Virus record (IMG/VR): IMGVR_UViG_3300044633_003049
Coordinates: 147,785-211,784 of that record
Strand: one strand, 5' to 3'
Length of the DNA stretch: 64,000 nt
In this document: one piece after another, positions 30,601 to 39,751 of the stretch
Position numbering within the stretch: position 1 is the first letter of the stretch
How the letters are laid out: every line of letters begins with the position of its first letter
Program-made: the position numbers and the translations under genes
Notes under the pieces: model-generated
Databases searched by the model: none
Seen by the model: the letters and a program-made list of their open reading frames with translations, nothing else
Told to the model about the DNA's origin: nothing

Positions 30601-32367
30601 TAAATCGCTAACTTGAAATCCTTTTAAATTAGATGTTTTCCATGCTAAATTCTCAATTGATAACATATATTTTTTAGCGTAGAAATCACCATTACCTATA
30701 TTTTTTTCAACAATATTTGTTGACGTATCAAATGATTTTTTACCATTAGACATCGGTGCCATATTCAAATTCCATGTGTCGTCTAATACACTTGAATTGA
30801 ATCGTCTTATATTACCTCTTCTATATTTTCTTCCTGTTTGTTTGTATTTTTTTGTGTTAATATCTTTTTGATTTGTCGCCAATGGCATCGTATCAAAATT
30901 TGTCATATATGGTCTATCTTTCGTCCAAACTCTAGCATATTCAACTCCACTTTCTTCTCCTGTAAATTTGTCCGTATACTTAACTGCAGAACCTCTCGAT
31001 ATTCTTGTGTCTCCATCTTGGAAAACTCTACTTGTTTGGTCAATAACATTTGCAACATGTGAACGTGCTGCACCTCCATCTGAAGGCATTGAATCTAATA
31101 ATTCTTGTGTAATTCCTAAAATTGAATCGGACCTAAATTTATAATTAATTGATGTACTACCAGTAAATAATGAAGCTTGATAGCTATCGTTATTAGCACC
31201 TAATTTATTTTTGGAGTTTTTACTAATCCAAGATAACTTACCGCCGATTGACCCTCCCTCTGTAATATTTTTATTTGTGTGAAATAATTCAGCTGACACT
31301 TTATCAAACATTAACGTTAAAAAATAGTTACTCTTTACGGGTCTATCATTAAAATCGTTCATCTCATATTTTACATCCTCACCTCTATCATCTCCAATAT
31401 ATGCTTTTCCTGTAGGTGCCTCAACACCTAAAATATTTTTTACCCCTTGTGCAACTTTATCGACAAAATTAAAAATTTTAGATGTGTTTTGTGACCTTGC
31501 TGTTGTGGTATAATTTGGTGCATATGTGGAATATCGTAATAGGTCATATAACCTGTTTTTTTGACCACTTCCCATATGTTCAATCAAAAGGTCAGATGGT
31601 TTCCTTGACAACAATGGTCGTCTTTGTATTCCGATTAATGAACCTAATACGCCTGTTACGTCTTGATATAATGCACCTAATTGTGATGACGCTTGTGGTC
31701 TATAATTAATTGGGTTTCTTGGATTGCTTAAATAATCACCCGGTATTTGACTAAAGGGTAATTGTACTCCCGACACCGTTCTTAAAAAATCAACCGCTTG
31801 ACCTGGTATACTTAATGTATTATCAACCGTGATTGTGTAATTTGATTCAATTAATGGTTCTCTACCTGTTATTATGTTAACCGCGGTGGCTGTGTTACCA
31901 TTAAGAGCATCCAATATTCTCACACGACCATATGTATTTTTTTCTACATTTTGAGCTATTCTACTATAAACGGGTCCTTGTGGGTCATTTTTAATTAAAC
32001 TAGTTGAAAACTTAACTAATTCAGATTCAGTTTCATAATTTGAATTACTAATGATACCGAATAAACTTAAATCTGTTTGAACAAAACTTGGGTATAACTT
32101 TAAATTAACTGAACGAGGTAATGTGTTAATAACTTCACCAATAAAATATTCGTCAGGTTTATATATGTTTGAGTTTTTTGGTATTCTTAAATCACTACCT
32201 CTGTTGGTATCTACCTGACCTTGTAATAAATTAGGAATGTCACTTAGATTTTGTTCAATATATGAACTGTTTGTAAACGTTTGGGGTCCATTAGGTTGTT
32301 GTAAGGTCTTACCTAATATATGGTTTCTAAACTGTTTTGTTGTGTTAAAATCTAAATAACTCGGCAT
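27607..32367 (-). CDS. Large baseplate/tube-initiator protein with CIS-tube-like domains and an OmpA-like insert
   Basis: WFPPYDL....SASW....FIGRPEPIYTYQNTER and PPICVLRIGDFYHSKIIIKDINITYE motifs; located between tape measure and LysM genes. Confidence 0.6.
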   Translation of the reverse strand: MPSYLDFNTTKQFRNHILGKTLQQPNGPQTFTNSSYIEQNLSDIPNLLQGQVDTNRGSDLRIPKNSNIYKPDEYFIGEVINTLPRSVNLKLYPSFVQTDLSLFGIISNSNYETESELVKFSTSLIKNDPQGPVYSRIAQNVEKNTYGRVRILDALNGNTATAVNIITGREPLIESNYTITVDNTLSIPGQAVDFLRTVSGVQLPFSQIPGDYLSNPRNPINYRPQASSQLGALYQDVTGVLGSLIGIQRRPLLSRKPSDLLIEHMGSGQKNRLYDLLRYSTYAPNYTTTARSQNTSKIFNFVDKVAQGVKNILGVEAPTGKAYIGDDRGEDVKYEMNDFNDRPVKSNYFLTLMFDKVSAELFHTNKNITEGGSIGGKLSWISKNSKNKLGANNDSYQASLFTGSTSINYKFRSDSILGITQELLDSMPSDGGAARSHVANVIDQTSRVFQDGDTRISRGSAVKYTDKFTGEESGVEYARVWTKDRPYMTNFDTMPLATNQKDINTKKYKQTGRKYRRGNIRRFNSSVLDDTWNLNMAPMSNGKKSFDTSTNIVEKNIGNGDFYAKKYMLSIENLAWKTSNLKGFQVSDLPACERGNNGGRVMWFPPYDLKMSEQNSASWEKNSFIGRPEPIYTYQNTERTGQVSFKVVVDHPSIMNLLVREHFKGMSDEESDNYINAFFAGAQDVDFYSLIQTYTTLDQNDRDLIQQYLNAGIEKQAITNIKFTSEPLPADNGDTDNNKFTNIEYNIKNSFYFENDIPSKQGNSLTISDGDYGSQITSYSGTSGTCVTNLTTAMNSSLNSSDKLLLIGSTGSTSTPSVITEITGKITSGFTELGVNFTELNKQLDDLKTVLSGKTIVGDAEIQILTTTSEAGDENKNFYLGIRRIHSLLKYIIGYITKNNNPPSLVWFDQLKLDPFVKDGLRFNTLPITKSFKDFGYDVDGQIKFNVSTFGESYVLDNAGGETNVDCSKPFTNTLLKVYSPTAFYCREGKVKIKYTKSAGEKTVQKINIPPLKLVVSRDTVDITKKKPSIDVMKRIIMKTLSECFYFKKLEEDSPVAFKSLTEKLKYFHPSFHSTTPEGLNSRLTFLLQCLRPGDTIPIKGLSDNNDIGARNTTFGPPPICVLRIGDFYHSKIIIKDINITYEEGVWDFNPEGIGVQPMIANVQLQVNFIGGQGLDRPVEKLQNALSSNFFANTEMYDERSIPTDGRIGYENREKFTKEFLQTLNNIDIAKTPSVSTDPNKIVQGTYIGVGSGTKLVYTTLINELYKLADNYTKKYKSTYESIYEKYGPKVVGLFFSPDYRTINELNINIEEGDVINMLGEYSGNNNLSFYSNAFKNTLTYSITTLPTKELMDMLGFEMGGEDVSKEAEDIIKPIINKIVSDIIDEFSTLKSIKEVETSRNETVSIIDKLNYIAIYSGDTKIVETTLVKTPLTGFNQSGFTSNYNVVIDYLRSFDLKTTSLFNSSIDFNTVYLESATISNEDIKSILQVFLIGHKSDIVDPLVNRWIGDELLQYTTQNFYEKFDLFVNTNNKTTLTIDVAPIRSNETPIEYETSPSSEVSDLTKSDDIFKIFSSKNNLGTTLNFYK

Positions 32368-32396
32368 TTTTTATTTTATTATAAATAGGTTTAATA

Positions 32397-34325
32397 CTAT
32401 TTTTTATTGTTAGCGGCTAATTTTGGTGTGGTATAATCACTTTTATGTCCCCATTCAGTTATTGCTGTTGGGTTTTTCATAACTTCTTTATTAATACCGT
32501 CCATAATTGATGAAGTAATTAAATTATGATTTACTGTTAATGTTGAATTTTGCGGTGTGTTATTATCGCTAACTCCATTTTTCACTTTTTCAAATTCTTT
32601 ATTAAGTGATTCTGTTATTTTTTTAACCGTTGCATTTTGTGCTCCATATATTTCAGTTAAAACATTTAATTTTGTTATTTGTTCCTGAACTTGTGGTAAG
32701 TTTTTAAAATCTTCGACGGCCGCCGCTATTCTTTCTTTATTATTATCATTAAATGGTCCCCTTTTTTCTTTTAAAAAAGTATCAGTATAATTTGATACAT
32801 TTCTCATCGCATCAGCACCAAGTTCATTTAAATTTAAACCTTTTTTTCCTGCCCCCATACTTACAGCCTCTATTTTTTGTAATGCCCACATTGATGCCAA
32901 ATCTCTTTCTATGTTTTTAACTGATGTGACTTGGTCTCTAGCTATGTCTGCTGGACTCATGGCTTCAAATGCTTTTCTATTATCTTGTAATACTTCAATT
33001 TGTTTTTGTGTCAAATCAGATAGCGCTATTTTACTTTTACCTTCAAAATCTTGTGATAATGTTTTAGGTATTTCAATTACCATTTTACCATTATCCATTT
33101 TAGATAAATTGGTAATAAATTCTTTATCTTCTTCTTTGATACTAAAACCTTTAGCCATTAAATCATTTGATGCTGCTAATCTTTCTTGTGACGCAACGGC
33201 ACCTCTAGTTAAACTTTCATATGAAATACCTAATTCATCCGCCATCGCCTTCGCTCTTCTAATATTAATACCTGTAATTTCAAATCTACCTTGTTTGTCA
33301 TTATATGTTGCCAATGAACCTGAAGCCTTTATAATTGCATCTTGTAATCCCTCAACATTGTTAGTGGCCATGTACATCAACTTAAGAGGGTCATTAAAAT
33401 CGCCAATTGCACCACCTAAAACTTGTAAATTAGCGGTTAATGCTATTGCCTTTTCAGGGTCCATTACTTTATCTGCAATGATGAAGGCATCACCAATATC
33501 CATTCTAAATTCTTTTGCCCTTCTTGACATAGTTGCTAAACCTTCAATACCCTCTTTAAATCCGTATTTATTTAACTTCTCAATATTTTCTCTAATATCC
33601 GTAATTGTTTTTTTAGCTACAAGTCCTAACGATAATGAATTCTTACCAGCCTGATTAATTGAATCAATAGCATTACCAGCACCAATTCCAACCTTTTCAA
33701 ATTCGGTAAACGACTTACCCATATCACCTAAACTACCCACAAATGCCCTTGCCGAATCAAAACTTTTTGTTAATGTTTCTGAAGAAATTAAATTAAATCT
33801 ACCTGATGACTCCATCATGTTGGTTACCAATTCAGTTACTTGTGCAATACCATATCCCATTCTAATCGCGGCGGGATACGAATCTATCATTTCTTTTCTT
33901 AAACCTTGAGATAATTCACCACTAATACCAATTTTTTCGTTTACTTCAGTTCTAACTTGATTTTCTAATTGTAGTTGTTGAAATATTTCATTACCAGCAA
34001 CTTTTAAATCTTTAAATAAATTTGCACCGTTCTTACTTAATGCACTTAATATGTCACCTGGAGTGGTAACCTCATCACCATATGTGTTAGATTGTGTAAC
34101 ATTAAACGCTGCAGTAAAACTAGTTGCTTTTTGTGCGTACGCAGTTTGAGATGAACCACTTGAAGTATTTTTACTATTTCCTGTAGATGTTGCGGAAACT
34201 CCTGCTAACGCAGTTAATACTTGTGGTTGAGATGCCCCTTCTTTATCTAAATATTTTGATAACCCTTTAGGGTCATTTTTATATTTATTTACCGCATCCT
34301 TTACTTGTTGATCTGTTAGTGCCAT
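32397..34325 (-). CDS. Tape measure protein
   Basis: Helical Ala/Leu/Lys-rich 642 aa; canonical position after tube and chaperone genes. Confidence 0.7.
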   Translation of the reverse strand: MALTDQQVKDAVNKYKNDPKGLSKYLDKEGASQPQVLTALAGVSATSTGNSKNTSSGSSQTAYAQKATSFTAAFNVTQSNTYGDEVTTPGDILSALSKNGANLFKDLKVAGNEIFQQLQLENQVRTEVNEKIGISGELSQGLRKEMIDSYPAAIRMGYGIAQVTELVTNMMESSGRFNLISSETLTKSFDSARAFVGSLGDMGKSFTEFEKVGIGAGNAIDSINQAGKNSLSLGLVAKKTITDIRENIEKLNKYGFKEGIEGLATMSRRAKEFRMDIGDAFIIADKVMDPEKAIALTANLQVLGGAIGDFNDPLKLMYMATNNVEGLQDAIIKASGSLATYNDKQGRFEITGINIRRAKAMADELGISYESLTRGAVASQERLAASNDLMAKGFSIKEEDKEFITNLSKMDNGKMVIEIPKTLSQDFEGKSKIALSDLTQKQIEVLQDNRKAFEAMSPADIARDQVTSVKNIERDLASMWALQKIEAVSMGAGKKGLNLNELGADAMRNVSNYTDTFLKEKRGPFNDNNKERIAAAVEDFKNLPQVQEQITKLNVLTEIYGAQNATVKKITESLNKEFEKVKNGVSDNNTPQNSTLTVNHNLITSSIMDGINKEVMKNPTAITEWGHKSDYTTPKLAANNKK

Positions 34326-34340
34326 ATACTAATAAATAGA

Positions 34341-34493
34341 TTAATTAGGATTTTCTAACTCTAATAAGAAGTTAATATAATATCTTCTAACATATATGGG
34401 CATAGATAGGATATCGCCATATGTAAACCCCTTTTTAATGAGGTATAAAATCTCGTCTAATTGATTTTTTTTATATTCCGTAGAAAGGTCGAA
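34341..34493 (-). CDS. GT/gp51-like second tail-chaperone reading frame, probably reached by frameshift (not in ORF track)
   Basis: +1 frame relative to 34471..35220: FDLSTEYKKNQLDEILYLIKKGFTYGDILSMPIYVRRYYINFLLELENPN*; no upstream ATG in this frame. Confidence 0.7.
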   Translation of the reverse strand, partial: FDLSTEYKKNQLDEILYLIKKGFTYGDILSMPIYVRRYYINFLLELENPN

Positions 34494-35220
34494 AAAACTC
34501 AACCCCAAATCCAATGTCAATTTGGACTATATCTCCTGATGGGGTGGTTACTGTTTGGGTTAAATCTAACCCTGGTTTATTATCTTTGATAAATTTTCTA
34601 AATTCTTGTGAATCTTTAATCGGCATATTCTCAACAAAGTTCCTAATGTTCATTTGGTCTTTGTTACCTGCAACCGTTTTAATCATAAATTCAAGTTGTT
34701 TTGTAACAATTGGAGCCACCCCATTACCATTCCAACTTTCCTTTATATCTTCAATTTCCTTTTCTTGTTTTTGAGTTAAAAACTTGAAGGTGATATCTAT
34801 TTTACTCTTTTCCATGTAATATTGATATTCACCATTACTATCTTCTTTCAAGTTAAAATCCTTCATCTTTAATTCAGATAAATCAATTTCAACCGTAAAT
34901 TGTTCTTGTGTCTTTGAGTCAGTTGTGGTTAAGTTATATATTGAACCAAAACCTGTATTTCTTAAAAATATAAGAATGGCTTGTCTATCTTCATCCACAA
35001 TATCATCTACTTGTAAATCTTTATCCAAAACCTTTCTTCTTAAAAGTTCATTGATAACACCGTTATTCGCAATTAAGTTTGGAGCAGAAAGAATATTTTC
35101 ATCTGCAGCAGTTAAATAAGCAACTCTTACTGATTTCTTTTTACTTGGGTAATGTATACCTCTACTTGGTAGTTCTACTACGTCGTATGCAATTGTTGGG
35201 TCTATTTTATATTCGTCCAT
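34471..35220 (-). CDS. Tail assembly chaperone / T4 gp26-like baseplate hub assembly protein
   Basis: VELPSRG..Y, LTAADENIL, DRQAILIFLR, PIKDSQEFR; located between tube and tape measure genes. Confidence 0.75.
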   Translation of the reverse strand: MDEYKIDPTIAYDVVELPSRGIHYPSKKKSVRVAYLTAADENILSAPNLIANNGVINELLRRKVLDKDLQVDDIVDEDRQAILIFLRNTGFGSIYNLTTTDSKTQEQFTVEIDLSELKMKDFNLKEDSNGEYQYYMEKSKIDITFKFLTQKQEKEIEDIKESWNGNGVAPIVTKQLEFMIKTVAGNKDQMNIRNFVENMPIKDSQEFRKFIKDNKPGLDLTQTVTTPSGDIVQIDIGFGVEFFRPFYGI

Positions 35221-35261
35221 AATATAAGTTTATACTATAACTATGATAAAGTAAAGTTTTT

Positions 35262-35300
35262 AAATAAAAAAACCGATACCCATTTCTGGTATATCGGTTT
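35262..35300 (-). terminator. Intrinsic terminator after the tail tube gene
   Basis: Minus strand aaaccgatataccagaaatgggtatcggtttttttat; GAAA loop. Confidence 0.8.
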
Positions 35301-35321
35301 CTCATATGAAAAATTATTATA

Positions 35322-35810
35322 TTAATAAACTTGGATACAACGGTCCATTCTTAATGAAGCGTCAATTGTTGCCAAATCATCTCTTGAGTAATCTAAATCA
35401 CCGAAGTTCAAACTTGTTAAGAAACAACCTTGTAAAATCCATTTTTCAACCACAACTCCCGTTGGGTCTAACATCTCCAATTCAATGTCTTTCTTATAAC
35501 CCGCAGCATATCCCATACGACCTGTAACTGACTCCGCATGTAAACGGAACCATTCCATAAGTGCTTGAGAAGCAGAAGGACCAATTGGGTCTTTAAATTG
35601 AACTTTAATCTCTTCCCACTCAAATTGACCAGCAACATAAGTTTTTGTGTTCAAGAAAGGAATCTCAACTGATTTAATTTTAGCAGATGGTCTCGCTGTG
35701 GAGAATACATACCACTCATTTATTCCTAAAGATGATGGAAATCTTAGGATAAATCTATTTTTTCTTTTCGGTTCGTAAGGAACCGGCATTTTCATTAATA
35801 AATCTGCCAT
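35322..35810 (-). CDS. Tail tube protein (gp19-like)
   Basis: YEPKRKNRF, RPS, YVAGQFEWEEI, YKKDIELEMLDPTG..VEKW.L.GCF, GDLDY; follows the sheath gene. Confidence 0.9.
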   Translation of the reverse strand: MADLLMKMPVPYEPKRKNRFILRFPSSLGINEWYVFSTARPSAKIKSVEIPFLNTKTYVAGQFEWEEIKVQFKDPIGPSASQALMEWFRLHAESVTGRMGYAAGYKKDIELEMLDPTGVVVEKWILQGCFLTSLNFGDLDYSRDDLATIDASLRMDRCIQVY

Positions 35811-35946
35811 ATTGTATTTGTTAAAGTTTTTAAGTTATTTACTTTCTTATAAATATATCTATATTGGAAAATAATTTTATTTTAAGTTTTTTATTGGAAA
35901 TACTTGTTTATGTCAATTATTTTTCGTAGTTTTTTACAGGCTCCAG

Positions 35947-36022
35947 TATCTAGTTCCAGTTTACTACTCTCCTTTAATAATTTAATATTTCAATAATAAA
36001 TACTAGTATATCTAGTTCCAGT
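35947..36022. repeat. 14-bp direct repeat tatctagttccagt in the sheath-tube intergenic region
   Basis: Exact copies at 35947-35960 and 36009-36022. Confidence 0.85.
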
Positions 36023-36080
36023 ATTCTGGGTATAATATAATAGTATAATTGTTATATAATATGGTTCTACGTGGAGCATT

Positions 36081-36111
36081 AAAAAAGGGTACCATTTCTG
36101 ATACCCTTCTT
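36081..36111 (-). terminator. Intrinsic terminator after the sheath gene
   Basis: Minus strand aagggtatcagaaatggtacccttttttaa. Confidence 0.75.
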
Positions 36112-36134
36112 ATTTTTATATATCTCCTTTTAGA

Positions 36135-38966
36135 TTAGATATTGTCAAATGAAGCTCCTGTTGGAGTGATTACAAATTCCAAATCAATGAATTCTAAAGA
36201 ACGAGTTGGTTTGATATAAATCTTACCTCTTAATGTGTTAGCATCGATGTCCTCTGGATCATTAGATACACTCACACGGAAGTCATACAAACCTCTTTCT
36301 TTCTTAATTGATTCCAAGATAGGATTTACTAATCTTAAGAACTCTTGTCTTACTTGGTCGTCATTTTGTTCAAACAATAACCTTACAGCTACCGCAGAAA
36401 TCAATTTTCTAGCTCTTAATAATAATCTTCTTACGTTGATTCTATCTAAAGCCGACTCTCTAACTTGTAACGTTTTATTACCCCATATAATGGTACCTGT
36501 ATCAGAGAATGTTGCAATTGGGTTGATTCTCGCCTTATATAACTCATCTCTTTCGTCAAGAGTAAGTTTCTTTTGTGCTTTGATTGCGTTTACCAAACCT
36601 CTACTGTAACCCGCAACTGCGAACCAAGGATAAGATACGTTGTCAGTTAAGGCGATGTTCTTAACAACCTCACCTGTTGGTGGAATATATAATTGAGTTG
36701 CATTATCCGTGTCTCTTACTTGAATCCAAGGCCAATATGTGGCTGAATAGTTTGAGTCAACTGCGATACCGTCTAAATCGTCAATAACGTTAGATGCAAT
36801 AGTTTCATTTGGTGCTCCAATTATATAAATTGAATCCGCTCTATCAGTTTCAATCATGTCAATTGCTTGAGTTGTTAATGAACTATGGTCGTAGAAGTTA
36901 ATACCTGGAGTTGCAAATACGTTAATATCTACGGCCTCAGGATTTGCATATGTTTGAATACCTTCTAAATAAGCATAATAATCAGAGTTTCCATTTGCAG
37001 TGTCAAACAATCCACCATTTGTTGTAAGACCTGAAATATATGTTAATTTTCCAAATATATAACCGTCACCATATGTTCTTACTTGTCTGTAAATGTCCCA
37101 ACCATCAAAACCACCACATACGGCAAATGTAAATTTACGGAAGTTAATACTATCTAATTTACCTTTATCGGTACCTTCTAAATCATAAGGTGTTGTTTGG
37201 TACATTAATCCTGAAACTGTATTTCCAGTTATTGTAGCTGCGTTTATAGATAAGTGAAATCCGTCTGTTGATCCTTTTTGAGTTGCTTCTGTTGAACATT
37301 TATATTTAAACAAATCGGAGTCAAAATTAAAATTACCATCAGAAGATAAACCTAAAGATGTTTTTCTAAATTTATCACCATTACTTGTTATGTCATCATA
37401 AATTGTTTCACCAGAATCAAAAAATTCAGTTTTATAAAGAACACTACCTAATGTTGTTGAACCTGATAAAGTTGCATTTGTAAAACCTTTAAATCCTGCA
37501 GGAAATGCATTTGATGGTGCGTTAGAGTCCATAAGTAACATAATGTATTTAGAATTCAAAGTATACTCACCAGTTGATGTACCTATTTTTCTAGCAACAT
37601 ATCCTGCAACGTCTGGATTCATTGAACATCTTGAGAATTTTTCCAAAACAACCATGTTTTCATCGGAATCATTAAAATCTCTAACTAATATATCAAATTC
37701 ACCTGTTTCAATATTAATATTTTGAATTGTGATTTTAATTTCCTGATTTGCGGCGTTTCCGTCAGAAATTGTAATAACATCAAATAAATCATCAACTTTA
37801 CCACCACGAACTTCAGAAACCACAGTAGGTGACTTTGGTGTGTCCCAAGTATTTGAGAAGTTGTCACCTTCCGCATTATATACTTCAGTTAGGCTTAAAC
37901 CTCTAATTAAACCTTGATTATATAAGTTTTTTGTTAAGTTCGGATAAACTTCGTGAACATATAATGGAACATCGTTACCATCTTTATCATATGGACTTGT
38001 TCCTAAAACTTTAGTTATGTATTTTGTTGACGTTGAATCTAAACTACACGTGAAAACCTTAGCACCTGTAGTTCCTGTAACATAAATATTAAATTCCGAT
38101 AATGGGTCACTTGTTAACGTTGCCCCACTAATAGTAAAAGATGTGTTTCCAGTAACTTGAAAATTTAAAGATTCTTGTGAATAATTTCCTCTTGATCTTA
38201 ATGCCGCCATAACAATTTCCTTATCATATACTGAAGTTGCGGTATATGTATATTTTGTTGTGGTAAAATTCATTGAACTAGCAGCATAAACAAATAAGTA
38301 ACTATACACTTCGGTACCGTTAGTATTGGTAAACACGTTATTCCAATTTTTTATAGTTGCGGTTCCAATAGGACTTGTTTTTTGATTTCCCGTTAAACCT
38401 GATGTTGCTGATGATGGAACATTTCCAATTGTAAACCAATCACCTGTAGATAAACCGCTACCGTAATTAGTGACTATATAATTTGTAACCGTTGTACCAG
38501 TTGAATTGGTTTTACCAGATAATGAACTATAAAAAGTACTATATGTTGGGTTTACAATGTCCTCAGCTGTTGGTGTTGTAATACCTGTAGTTGAACTTGG
38601 AGTTTGTGTTAAGTCAACAGATATACCACCTATTGTTTTAATGCCGAATGTTTTTCCTGCTTTGTAACCTGTCTTACCTAATACTCTTGTTACAAATAAT
38701 TGATTTGACTCTTGTAAATAAGATTTAGCGACATAACCTAATTCATATTTTGGATTGCCAGCACCATCTTTTTCAGGTGAGGTTGGTCCGAAGTATGTTT
38801 TAAATTCGTCAAAATTTGAAATTAATATTGGTTCAAAAGCGGGACCTTTTAAGGTTTCACCCACTAATCCCAATGTTGTAACACCTATACTTTGTGCTAC
38901 GAATGTTAGATCTTTCTCTGATGTATAAACACCAGGAGACACGAAAACTCTGTTATTACTTGCCAT
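36135..38966 (-). CDS. Tail sheath protein (gp18-like)
   Basis: FVSPGVYTSEKD, GETLKGPAFEP, SNYSATYWPW, PWFAVAG..RG, INPI, WGNKTL, RINVRRLL. Confidence 0.95.
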   Translation of the reverse strand: MASNNRVFVSPGVYTSEKDLTFVAQSIGVTTLGLVGETLKGPAFEPILISNFDEFKTYFGPTSPEKDGAGNPKYELGYVAKSYLQESNQLFVTRVLGKTGYKAGKTFGIKTIGGISVDLTQTPSSTTGITTPTAEDIVNPTYSTFYSSLSGKTNSTGTTVTNYIVTNYGSGLSTGDWFTIGNVPSSATSGLTGNQKTSPIGTATIKNWNNVFTNTNGTEVYSYLFVYAASSMNFTTTKYTYTATSVYDKEIVMAALRSRGNYSQESLNFQVTGNTSFTISGATLTSDPLSEFNIYVTGTTGAKVFTCSLDSTSTKYITKVLGTSPYDKDGNDVPLYVHEVYPNLTKNLYNQGLIRGLSLTEVYNAEGDNFSNTWDTPKSPTVVSEVRGGKVDDLFDVITISDGNAANQEIKITIQNINIETGEFDILVRDFNDSDENMVVLEKFSRCSMNPDVAGYVARKIGTSTGEYTLNSKYIMLLMDSNAPSNAFPAGFKGFTNATLSGSTTLGSVLYKTEFFDSGETIYDDITSNGDKFRKTSLGLSSDGNFNFDSDLFKYKCSTEATQKGSTDGFHLSINAATITGNTVSGLMYQTTPYDLEGTDKGKLDSINFRKFTFAVCGGFDGWDIYRQVRTYGDGYIFGKLTYISGLTTNGGLFDTANGNSDYYAYLEGIQTYANPEAVDINVFATPGINFYDHSSLTTQAIDMIETDRADSIYIIGAPNETIASNVIDDLDGIAVDSNYSATYWPWIQVRDTDNATQLYIPPTGEVVKNIALTDNVSYPWFAVAGYSRGLVNAIKAQKKLTLDERDELYKARINPIATFSDTGTIIWGNKTLQVRESALDRINVRRLLLRARKLISAVAVRLLFEQNDDQVRQEFLRLVNPILESIKKERGLYDFRVSVSNDPEDIDANTLRGKIYIKPTRSLEFIDLEFVITPTGASFDNI

Positions 38967-39010
38967 TGATTTTTGTTTGGTTAAATTGTTTTTATTACTT
39001 ATCTAATAAA

Positions 39011-39079
39011 TATCTTTGTTTTTACCAAAGATTTCCTAACTTTTATTAAAAAGATAGTTATTTATCTTTAATTATCTTT
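39011..39079. promoter_or_regulatory. Array of AAAGAT(A)/(T)ATCTTT repeats between the divergent sheath and RHH genes (putative operator)
   Basis: tatcttt 39011, caaagat 39026, aaagata 39050, tatcttt 39063 and 39073. Confidence 0.5.
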
Positions 39080-39082
39080 TAT

Positions 39083-39241
39083 ATGGAAAACAAACAAAAA
39101 AACGTTAAAATAGGTCAGAAACACCACGAAATGTTAAAAAATTTTTGTGATAAAAATGGATTAAAAATTTATAAAGTATTGGAAAAACACATTGAGGAAC
39201 TTTGTAAACCTAAAAAGAAGGACATTTACGGAGATGATTAG
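39083..39241 (+). CDS. Small ribbon-helix-helix-like DNA-binding protein (not in ORF track)
   Basis: Hand translation MENKQKNVKIGQKHHEMLKNFCDKNGLKIYKVLEKHIEELCKPKKKDIYGDD (52 aa): strand KNVKI, helix, G-turn, helix. Confidence 0.7.
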   Translation: MENKQKNVKIGQKHHEMLKNFCDKNGLKIYKVLEKHIEELCKPKKKDIYGDD

Positions 39242-39741
39242 TATAGATAAGATATACTAATTTTTGACCCAACTTTAGGATTGGAGAGATATGTAATTTC
39301 ATCGTCTCCCGTAATCTCAAACCCAACTGACTCTTCTTCAGCTAATCCATTGGTTTCAACTGTTATTAAACTATTGATGTAATTACTTAAGTTAAACACC
39401 GTTGATGTAGAGTAAATAAACTCTTCTTTTTCATATTGTAATAATTTACCCTTATTATCTAATATTACACTATTAATTCCTTTATAAAATTGTACCGTTA
39501 TTATTGAGTTATTTAACGGAGGTTCAATAAAAGTAATCGTACTTGTAAAGTTTATAAACGTAAAACTTAAATCTCTTATTTGACCAATACCGTTCATTGA
39601 AACTGAAAATAAGGTTCCGATATTAGTTCCAACACTAAAATTAGTTTGTGTTCCGTCCGCAACAAAACTGACCGTTGTTATATTAATCGGCATGTTTTGA
39701 CTCTGACTTGAAACGACATTATCTTTTATAAATTCGTACAT
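39238..39741 (-). CDS. Structural protein, stand-alone paralog of the C-terminal domains of the upstream gene
   Basis: MYEFIKDN...DGTQTNFSVGTNIGTLF matches MFEFIKDN...DGIQTVFDVGESIGTLF in the upstream ORF. Confidence 0.7.
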   Translation of the reverse strand: MYEFIKDNVVSSQSQNMPINITTVSFVADGTQTNFSVGTNIGTLFSVSMNGIGQIRDLSFTFINFTSTITFIEPPLNNSIITVQFYKGINSVILDNKGKLLQYEKEEFIYSTSTVFNLSNYINSLITVETNGLAEEESVGFEITGDDEITYLSNPKVGSKISISYLY

Positions 39742-39751
39742 AGATTATAAT

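Noticed and set aside
34455-34497. -1 frameshift model for the tail chaperone
   Set aside because: The -1 frame reaches TAG within about a dozen codons; only the +1/-2 frame gives the GT-like product
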